Shown in pieces: positions 53,726-64,000 of a DNA stretch of 64,000 nucleotides. Within the stretch, counting starts at the first letter, position 1. Each line of letters begins with the position of its first letter. The notes beneath the pieces are model-generated. The model saw nothing but the letters and a program-made list of their open reading frames with translations. It had not been told where the DNA came from and searched no databases. The stretch is from Tubulanus polymorphus (Eukaryota > Animalia > Nemertea): the NCBI RefSeq assembly GCF_964204645.1, contig NC_134026.1, positions 21,672,150-21,736,149 on the forward strand, read 5' to 3'. The position numbers and the translations under genes are program-made.

Positions 53726-55234
53726 GTGGTTCGAATCCTATTATATTGTTCGTAAGTCCGGAATTGATAATTTCGATTTACATATGGTAGATGCAGTTTG
53801 CAATCGAAAATTGGTTTAAAATCGTTTTATAAACCTCGCTACTGCATTTCATTTTTTTAATGAATAGGTTTATGGATCGTTCGATCCCAGGTTTTTTTAT
53901 TACCGTTACGTAGCCTACACGCCTAATTAGTTCGAATTCCGGCGTCTATCCTATCTCGATAAAATTTTTTTAAATCGAAAAATGGTTTTAGAACAATTTC
54001 GTCACAAATTCTTTGTTTTACGCTTCATAACAGATTAAGTGAGAAATTTTCATCATTTGGTGTTCAAAGGAGCGCGCCACCGTGTGAGCAATGACAAAAC
54101 TCATGCAATGATAAAGATCAATCTTTACTGCTATGCACCTTTCGGATCCTACCAGGCCCAAGGACTGGACAAAAATATGCAATTTTCCAGCTAAAACGAT
54201 GACACTGTAAACTTGTCCTAACCTAACACTGGCGATTGAACTGACGAACTAATATTGACATTTATTCCTGGAAATGCGTGTATTGGAAACACCTGCGGCG
54301 ATCATTAAGTTGACCCAATGAGACAATGACCTTGACTACAAAATAACCTTTTTTCTTAGATTGCTAGAAGCTATCCAATATTATAGGTCAGTGATGAACA
54401 CGAAACTATCGAAGGATCGAGACTGAACCAGAGATCAAGTTGATCGAGACGCGTAGTGACGCGCGCTTATAATTATTGCGGTACGAGTCACAGGCCCAGC
54501 CGTACCCCAGGGTTCACCCAGCACTGATTGTCTCCACCAGTGATCTCCGTCGCTCTACGATCCTACTAGCGTAACCAACCATTGTGTGGTACATCAGACA
54601 TTAAGATTTTTGGTGAAACCCAGGGGTGCATTGGGAACGAACGCAAAAAAAATCTCGATTTCCATAAAATTTTGTCAAAGAAAATTTCTTAGACTTTATT
54701 TCATATCTCTCTTCCTTTGCACTTGCTCACATTCATATTTAACTATGATATCTATAGACTGTATCAACTTGCCAGTATCCATAAACGAAGGATAGACTCC
54801 ATAGTGTTTGGATTAATAGACCTAATACAAACTTATTCATAATATGTTTCGAGGATTTACATTTTTCAATGACATTTTTATATGAATTCACTAAAATTTG
54901 GCCGAAAATGCATCTAGGAGTACGTTTTTTTTCAAAATTTTCCCCATACCCAATTTGTTGATGGAAATTGGAGCTCGCCGTTTCCAATATTAACAACATT
55001 GGGTCTAGGGGGGGGGGGGTGAATAAACATGAGGGATTTCCCTGAAGATCAAAAAATCAATTGGTAAAATACTTTAAATGTGCAGGTAACTTTAAATTTT
55101 ACTATTTCCACTTTGAGCAAATTTTGATAGTTTGCTCAATTCCAGATTTTGTTGAAATTTTTCCTTTTGAAAAAAATAATTACGCTAATTTCCTGATTAA
55201 TCGAGTTAGCTAGATTGAGCATCGCATTGATGCA

Positions 55235-55365
55235 GGGATCGCGTGTGATCAGGCAGCCCACGTGGTTCTCATGTGGCAGGAAATGGAGCACGCGCTGGAT
55301 GAAACGGTTCGCGATTGGCTCGATCGAAATTCGCCGGAAACTTACGAGGCACAATTGACCAATCG
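55235..55365 (+). promoter_or_regulatory. MXI1/Mad proximal promoter: E-box cluster plus two CCAAT boxes
   Basis: CGCGTG 55240, CACGTG 55259, CATGTG 55270, CACGCG 55289; ATTGG ~55314 and CCAAT ~55359; 190-310 nt upstream of the ATG. Confidence 0.6.
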
Positions 55366-55551
55366 CCAAGCTCAATTCGGGTTCGGGTTAGTTCGGGATT
55401 ACCGATGTTAAATTGTAAACAAACCGAGCCGTCGTCGCTGAGTACTTTGAGAGAGCTGTTGGATCGCGCACTGTGTAGACACGGAACTGTCCTTTACTTC
55501 CTAAATCTCTGTGGATTTACATACACCCTACTCACTTTTACGGCTATAAAC

Positions 55552-58500
55552 ATGAGCTTAAACGTATTGCTTCAAGCTGCTGAATACTTAGAACGAAGGG
55601 AACGAGGTAAACTATTGCCTGATCATGATGTTTTCGTAGTGGTTTTTGCGATTTATTATGTAGAAATTAGTAGAGCACTGTGACGTGTGCTGCGCTGTTG
55701 TTTTTTGTGTATTGACGTTTAGGATATATGTACTGTGTACACTGTTGTATTTGCCACGTAGGCAAACCGTTGGATGGACCACTTTCAGTTTAACGACCCA
55801 TGTAAAAACCGCATTGTTTTTTTTTGTAAGAAAAATGGCTGAGAATCTTGCCACTGAGCCAGATCGTGGATTTGAAATATTGATTATGAGTAATTGAAAT
55901 ATTTTCACCGGGAAGGATCTCAAAAGTCCTACTAACTACACCTAAGACCAAAGTCAAACAAATTCTTGCTCTCTCTTTCCATATTTCACAATTTGTTAAG
56001 AAGAATGTTATGCATAGGCCAACATGAAATTAGGTTGAAATGAAATCATGGTTATTGAAATTGTTGATTGTTGCATTTAATCTGCGTTACTAAGGCTTGG
56101 TGACCTATCTGACCTATCATTATTTAATTCCTTCCCTTTTGAGGTGGCTAGGATACTAAACTAATCCTAGGCATGTCCCTGAGTGGACAAATTACTCTAA
56201 GCAAACATCACTGGTATTCGAAATCAAATTTTTAAAGGCGTTTGTGTGTGTTTTATTTCATTTTGATCATTCATTTTCGTAGAAGCCGAACATGGATATG
56301 CAACTACGTTACCAATGCCAACATCTATGGATTATCACTCGCGAAGCAGAAAGATTAAATCGAAAAAATCTCAGGGAAACCGGTAAGAATCTTAGTGTTT
56401 TAGGCCATATTTAGCGTGGGTTAGAATTCTAAAAAGTTGATAGTTCTACGGAAATAATTATAGAACTCGATTGATAAACAAATGTAGCCTACAATGAGAT
56501 CGGGGAATTTTTTTTGTATTGTGCAACGATTTCGAAACTGTCACATGGGAGTGTGTCGGCACGTAGCCTCGAAAAAATTTAGAAAGACTTTATTTCTCTT
56601 TTATCATCCGTTTGCAAATGTGAATCTAAAGCGCTATCACTTTTCTTCCTTTATTAGATCCACGCACAATGAACTAGAAAAGAACAGGTATGTATCTCTT
56701 GATGCTGCTGATTACTGTTTAGGCTACGTGTACGTGTAGCTGGTGGTTTGTGTACATTATGTGCAATGTCAAGGTCGTTTGTGGCACTGAGAGAGTAGAT
56801 AACTGCGCATACTGAAGCTCCGTGTGTTATTGATCTTTAGTGCACTTTGACTTTCTATAATGATGCATCATCATGTTTCACGATGATTGGATGTTGCATG
56901 TTCCGGTGTTTCGATGTGATTTCTTTTCGCATTAATTAATAACATTTCTTCGAAAATTTGTATATTTTCAGGCGTGCGCACCTGAGGTATTGCCTCGAAG
57001 GTCTGAAGGATATAGTGCCTTTGGGGACGGAAACTAGTCGACATACGACGCTAGGATTATTAACCAAAGCGCGGAATTTTATACAGGTTAGTGTGTGGGA
57101 CAAAAAATGAATCGGTGACCCCACATTGTTTGCACTGTGAAAGCCAGTAAAATTCGGTCTATTGTGATTATGTCTGTAAGCTGAAATGGGAATGAGTCTA
57201 TTCTATTGTTCAGAACAGGTTTTGGTTTGTTGCTCAACATACAGACAAGAGTTATATTAGAATTAGCTTTGAAAATAATAGTAATCTTATTTTCGAATAG
57301 AAAATGCCTTTTTCGTTAAGATAACCATTTCGATTGTAGCTCACTGTGTTTATATGTATTATTTGTCTTCTTCCGACACAGTCATTACAGGACAAGGAGC
57401 GAAAACAGTCGTTAATGCGGGAACAATTATATCGGGAACAGCGTTACCTGCGCCGGAGACTAGAACAATTAAAAACCGAGGAAAACCTGCAATATCGCAT
57501 ACGCAATGAACGGAGTATTAGTGAATGCAGCGCTTCCACATCATCCACGTCCACGTCTATTTCTGAATCCGGAGAGTCTGGTAAGCATTCAATATAATAG
57601 CTAGCTAGTTGTAGTTTTAACCGGGTTTTTTACAGGTTTTGGAAAGTTTAAGAAAATGGGAATTTTTTTGAGGCCCTGGAAAAGCTATGTTTGGTTTTTT
57701 TTTTCTGTATCAGAAAATGGTCTCAATATAAAATAGCTATGAATTTTGAATTTTAAGCTATGTCTAAATGTCTTACTACACATTTGATATTAACAAACAC
57801 TTAGTATTGATAATTGGCACTTACTTTGAATGGACCTACATTCATTACCTGTTCAAGGTTGGCAATGTGTAACTTCGGGGTATGGAAAATTAATTTAGGC
57901 AACCTGTAAGAACCCTGTTTAATTGAATCAATAATTGAATACATTAGAGAATTATGTTAGCTACCTGCGCCGCCATGTAGATATGGTACACATTCCTGTA
58001 CATCGGGGTCCAGGTGTCTATAGTTGATTTAGAGCCATCTGTCGTCATCATCAGAGAAAAGTAGGTTATATCATGAGGTGCTCTCTCGCCTTTTTGATAC
58101 CCCTTTGTACCGGGTAGGGCATGCGCCTTTGTCGTTGGGTAGAATCTTTTGTACCCTGCGCGGCTCAAAAACCGGGGTAGATCATCACAATAATGTGAGT
58201 GTACGTTAATTGTTGCAGTGTGCATTCATGAGCGCACTATGAACGTGTGCCGACGTATGCCGGCATGTGGCCTAGATTTCCTGGGCAGGTGATAAATATA
58301 ATGGTCTTTGCGGACAAAGCATTTTTTGTGATGAATGTAGAATGTACCAGTTGGCGGCAAAATCAGTTAAAGCCCATTCTGTAGCGTGCGTCAATAATCT
58401 AAAGCCCAAGCTGTTGTTTTGAAATTGGATTCTATGGCTCGCCGTTTGTTCAGCGACTTTTTTTAAAAGCTTCGCCTTTTTTTTGAAATGCCATTTTTCT

Positions 58501-58632
58501 CTTGCAGATGAAGTAGACATACTGGGGTACAATAGCAATAGTAATCATAGTGACACTGACGACCACAGCAGTACCGGCAGCAGCAGCATGTGTTTCGGAG
58601 CTAGGCACCTGACGATTTCGGAATCTTTATGA
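55552..58632 (+). CDS. MXI1: MXI1/MXD (Mad) family bHLH-Zip Max-interacting repressor, 6 exons, ~207 aa
   Basis: Exons 55552-55606 ([18 protein letters not shown], Sin3-interaction domain), 56283-56382 (EAEHGYA), 56658-56687 ([10 protein letters not shown]), 56972-57086 ([18 protein letters not shown]...[10 protein letters not shown]), 57382-57580 (zipper, [13 protein letters not shown]), 58508-58632 (DEVDI...*). Likely co-orthologous to vertebrate MXD1/MXI1/MXD3/MXD4. Confidence 0.94.
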
Positions 58633-58772
58633 GTATGGTAACCGGATCTAGTAGTCGTGTATATGCAACCTCTGTCTAGATCGAATTCCGTGGATTATTC
58701 TTCACACTTCCATCGTTTTTTTTTTTTGTTGTTTTTTTTTTTGTTAAAAAAATAATATGTTGTTCTGTGTAC

Positions 58773-58803
<31 letters not shown>

Positions 58804-61800
58804 ATATATATTGATATGTATTATATATATATGTATATATTGGTATATATCATTAGTTTCCTGGCTGGCCACCTGTGGCTTTTCCCTTGGAAAAAAATAA
58901 GAATAATTCGAAATGTTACGCAAACTTCTAGATTCATTCGTTATGCGACATTGTAAACGCACATAATTTTTTGCGCTCGGCCGCTCAAAACTAGTAAGTT
59001 TCTTCGAGGAAAAAGGAAAAGAAAACGATGATAGCCCTTTGTATTTTCCACACTGTTTGATCGTTCGGTCTTCGCACCGGATCATGATTCGTATTCTAGA
59101 CTAGCGGTGCATCATCAAACGAAACGGCAGCAGGACTTCTTCAGAATGTATTATAATATATGATAATTAGATAGGAAAATAGAGAATTTCGGATTATTAT
59201 TTATTTCGCCGAGCCCCTTCACTCTTCGCTGGGTGCTTTAGTTGTTGGTTCTGTACATGTCCGTCCTTCTCGGTTATTTTCGAAATCGTGTTAGTCTAGT
59301 AGTACCCACCATTATCATACTTTGTCGTCTCATAGGAAAATTGAATGGAAATTGCCATCGAAATGCAAATAGCGACTAAACACACTCTCTCTTCGATAAT
59401 ATCTATCTATCATCCCCCTCTGGTAAATATTTGACTAGCAAGCAAATGATTTGCAGATCCAGATTTTGCACCCGCTTTGTGGTTCCAGCACCGACCGTGG
59501 TTCCAGCGCTGGACGGGTAGTTTTGTAAACGTAAATATGTTTAAAAGAAAAACGAAAAAAAAATGTCATTGTTTTCAAAACTTGCCATTCTTTGACGACG
59601 TCGACGTCGTCAACATATCTCTTACGCTCCGCCTTACGAAGGTTGCAGTCATGGACTGATTTCACTTTATAAAGTAGTGCCGGTTGATTAAATAATCTGT
59701 ATACCGTAGTATTGATTCTCCGCGAAGAACAACTCATTCAAACGGAGAAGAAAAAAATACGTTTAATTTATTATCCGCGTGTGCGTCAATGATGATCACG
59801 GGTGGATTAGATATATAAGATAATTGTACATTTCTAAGATCATTCCAGCTACGTATCATCTGGTAGCTTTTTTTTATGAAAAAGAATATATACGAATATT
59901 CAAACGAACGGTGACATTGATGGTGGATTGCGTGTTGGTTATGATGAGAACATTTCTAAATACCAGTCCAAAGGATTTTAATTCACGAAGTAGTAGTATA
60001 CTTGTCGATCAGGCGCGTTGTAGTAGTTTGGCTACCGGTGTACAAATAAGTTAGTTGATAATGTTAACTACCGGTAACTTATTTGTACGGCCTAACAACA
60101 TCTAGTCATACGCGAGCGAAGAGTTCATTGCTCGCGTTGTCGTTGAAAAGTGAAAGATTTCAATTGATGATCCTTCAACTGGTCGCTACTGTGTATGGAT
60201 AACTATATTGTTTTATGCTCGCGCTTGCATGCGAAAGAGATCGGCGCGAAGCACACGTCACAGGTTTTATAATAACTATAATGATGATGATAATAATTTA
60301 TTCGCTGCTGGCTCTCGTAGCGGTTCGTCCTTTGTGAAAAAGAAAATGCATAGATTTCCAAGAGATGATCAGCTCGTTCCATGTTGATACAGTGTGTGTG
60401 TATGTTCATCATTCACGTCAGATGATGATGATGATTGAATGAATGCGTTTGCGCATGATGACGCTTAAGTTGCTTTTAATATCGAAACATTATATAGGCG
60501 TTTTAAAAATGTTCGTTGCGATTTTAATTTCGGCATCGAAACGCTCCCTTGAACTTGTCTCATATGAATCTATGTATAGATAATTTTTTTGTTCGCTGGG
60601 GGGGACTGAGCAGTGACTCGTAAAGTTGATAACCGACCCTCGATGCGTTAGGTTGACTAGTTCGGTCAGGTTCATGTATATTTACGAAGAAGCAGTCGAA
60701 TAGAAATATAAGGTTTTTAACGTGCTTAATGTGCTTGTCTAATACGTATAGTGTCATAATGCTTCTTCTTCTTGTTTGGGTAGGACGAATTCTACTTATT
60801 AGTGTGTATGTGTTTAGGTTACACATTTTATTGTCTGTGTTTAGCGAATAATAAACTTGCCTTGTGTCCATCTGTAGAACTCTCAAGCAACATTGTCGAT
60901 AATGATGATGATGATGGCTTGATGAAGCGCATGATCTCCCCCACACATACAATGTATGTATGAGAGAATAGAAGAACCGTAGCTATGGTGGTTTGAAGGG
61001 AGGCGCGTGTCTAATTAAATCCCAAGGCTTCTCGGAAGAAAACATCTACATAGCTTTGAACTTGCATCAAAAGCACTTTGTATTTAATTCCGTCTTCAAT
61101 GCGTTCCCTTCTTCAACTAGTGGTAAACAGAAACAGCTGTGATGAATGATTATCACCTTGCTTCACATTTTTCGAGAATGGATATGTTTCTATTACAGCG
61201 TCTAAAACTGCCCTCCCCCCCCCCCTGAAATAATTCTACTTAGATACGTGTAGTATGTAGCCTTAATAATTTTTATGTGATTTTTCGATTGGAAGATGTA
61301 CGCGTTGGCATTGACATAACCAAACCATCTGCTAGGTATATATGTAATATCGTTTTATGAATTAAGCATGATTTGTAAAGTTTGGTGAAGGCATACAGCG
61401 ATTTTGTGATAAACAGTGCAACCAAGTGCGCTGTGCAGTGCAATAAACAAGATATGTGCCTACATACATATAGTACCTTTACGGCTGTTGTTGACACCCG
61501 AATGTTGAGACCATGACGGGTTAGCTTTGTTGAAAAGAGGTTGAAGTATAATATGTATATTTAATATGTGGTTGATATTTATATTGAAATTAATCGTTCC
61601 AACGCATAGGAACTCATCTATTACACCGTAGACACCTGTATGTAAAAACATGTCATTGGTGGTATGTTCTTTGAACACTAAGGTGTGTGACTAACGTATT
61701 GTGACTAGTATATATGCCGCTCACTACGGGTGTCTCCCATATAGTTGTTGACCTTGCGTTGAGTGATTAATTCTTGCGTGTATTGGTACTGTGTGTAGAT

Positions 61801-62990
61801 AAAAAGCTTTATCGAAAAAGAGTTAATGTTGAGAAATAAGAATGCTAGTAAATTGTTGATTTATTTATTTTTTTCCAGTTGGTAAAGCTATACATAAAGG
61901 CGAGGGTATCAAATAGTGCCAATTGCCAGAGCAGTAAATATATATATGTACATGTATGTTATGTATGACATTAAAACAAAGAACAAAATCAGGGATCTAC
62001 AAGGCTCACATTATCTCCCAGAGAGCCCGAAGTAGAAATGTCGGAATTTTTTAGCCAATGCTCATTGACATTTTGTTGTTAGTGTGTGTGTCTGCGTAAT
62101 GCATGTGACCTGGATTTAAAAATTCCTACTACAAGCGGGCACGATGACACTCGAATAATGAGAAAAAACCTCGAGCCACGGAAAAAGAAAAGAGGCACTG
62201 TGAGCTTTTGTAGCGTTGTTGTTATGGTGCTAGTGATAATATGTTGTATAGGATTATAAAAACCGATTGATGAAATATGGGCCGGAGTGTTGTCTGGGAA
62301 ACAAACTAATGCTTAATACGTGAGTTATGTATCGTTTTTCTAGAAGAATGTTCTCACTGGATGAAGAGTTGTTTGAGATGTGTTTGATTAAGACCTGCTA
62401 AGTGTTTTATTTGTGTAATATTGTACTCGATTTGTCCTCAGTCTGTGTAAGAATATGCTTGGTTTTGCACGTTAATGTATGTATCGTATTATTATGATTA
62501 TAATGATAATTATTAATATTATTAAGTATATATGTGTATTTATGCGCGAGCTCTCTCTCTTTCTCTCATATTGAAAGTACCGAATGAAAATTATGGCTTT
62601 TCGATGCCCGGTCATTGATAAAAGTATATAGATATATATGCACTGTTTGATGGTAGTGTTATCCATTTCGCTTGAGAATCTCATTTCAAACTGTAATGTT
62701 GCCACAGCAATATCGCTCCTGTAGTAGATGGAAGGTTTCCGTGTATAAAGTATTGATTAATGAAAAGCAATCGGAAGCCTTCCATGAAAAACAAAACAAC
62801 TTCCTGAAGAATGTTTGCGCGAGCGGGATCACTTCTGAATTCTAGCCTGGCGGTGCTGGTATTAAGAAATAAAAACATAACATTAAGAACTTAGAGACAC
62901 ATTAAAATGTGTGTAAATATACCTTAATATAATTATTGTTAACATTCTCATTATTGAGAATAAAATTCTATTTCATGTACAGAATAAAAT
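58633..62990 (+). other. Probable long (~4.3 kb) 3'UTR of MXI1/Mad
   Basis: Stretch after the stop codon with no recognisable transposon copies, containing TGTA(C/A)ATA motifs and ending in AATAAA signals at ~62959 and ~62983. Confidence 0.55.
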
Positions 62991-64000
62991 CAATGCTTTT
63001 CGTTCCTTAAATTTTCGTAGGATAGCCATTTGGCCTTGACTGCGGTTGTTGTTTGGTCAGGATGACTGGTGGAAGGTATATAGATATCAAACTGTCTGTA
63101 TGCTTATCTGTTCGTTCGGTAGCAGGTGAAAGCGTATGAGCTTTTATCGTTTTGCACTTGGACTCGCCTCTAGTGGGTTCGTTCGGCCATAAGAATCGCC
63201 GATTCTTATTCCCACCTCATCCCATCCTTTGTCTCCAAATGATGAATGCAGCAGCCCTTGTTTCGTTTGTGGCGATATTGATTGTTGTTGGACCAATACG
63301 TGTGGTAATGTACCTATACTACCTTTGTTAGATTTCGTCCGGAAACTCATTATCAAAATTAAATAGCTGCTAGGGAATACGGCAAATGTTGGATTCAATA
63401 ATTTATTATTTATACGCTATGGTAGTGTATATGTATATACTGAATTAACAACCGCACCCATTGAATTAACACTTCAACATAAATAATAGCCGTTTACAAT
63501 TTTACTTTCATTGAGTTCACCGAAGCGTTTCGACTGCACTGCTGTACGCACTTTGAACGTGTCCTTTTCGAACACGTCTGTGCCGAGTTTCGGTGACGCA
63601 GTATTCCGATAGAGATAAAGAATATCTCGAAAAAAGGATTCTGAGCTGTTTTTCATTGTTTGCCCATCACTATCCAGTTCGACGACTTCCTTACGAACAA
63701 GTGCCCAATGGCGAAGCGGTGATTGAACCTGATTTCACGTTAGTCGCGTTCCCAAAGGAGATTTATGCTGCATATATCTAAATGTATATATACTACATCG
63801 GAATCTAAAAATATCTCATCAAAAATATATGTACGTGCATAGGGCTATCTCAATATGCAAATCCCGGAGATTTTTAGCGCTCCCAGGGGTGGCCTAGATA
63901 CTACGCCAAACTGTCTGTACTGAATACTGAAATTCATTTGTTACAAACAACACCAAATATGGCATCAGATTACTACGATGGGGGTCAGGCGTGGGCTCAG

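Overview
Eukaryotic, AT-rich, intron-rich animal DNA, probably a lophotrochozoan-type protostome (inferred from vertebrate-like proteins plus protostome-specific miR-2). I assembled four complete spliced genes by hand: STK32/YANK kinase (-, 3952-32558, 11 coding exons, ~426 aa), a small C10orf143-like gene absent from the ORF track (+, 34881-39109, ~124 aa), kinesin-5 KIF11/Eg5 (-, 42043-52728, 23 coding exons, ~1093 aa) and an MXI1/MXD (Mad) repressor (+, 55552-58632, ~207 aa). They form two head-to-head pairs, and all four have human homologues on 10q23-q26. The standout is a cluster of seven miR-2-family (K-box) pre-miRNA hairpins in one KIF11 intron, on the host strand, with no miR-71 seen. 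One copy has a changed seed with compensatory star-arm changes. Matching seed sites occur in the KIF11 3'UTR and the MXI1 3'UTR, suggesting a local feedback circuit (inference). Introns carry many MITEs, Helentron-like elements, SINE fragments and a LINE tail. Coordinates were counted by hand and may be off by a few nt.
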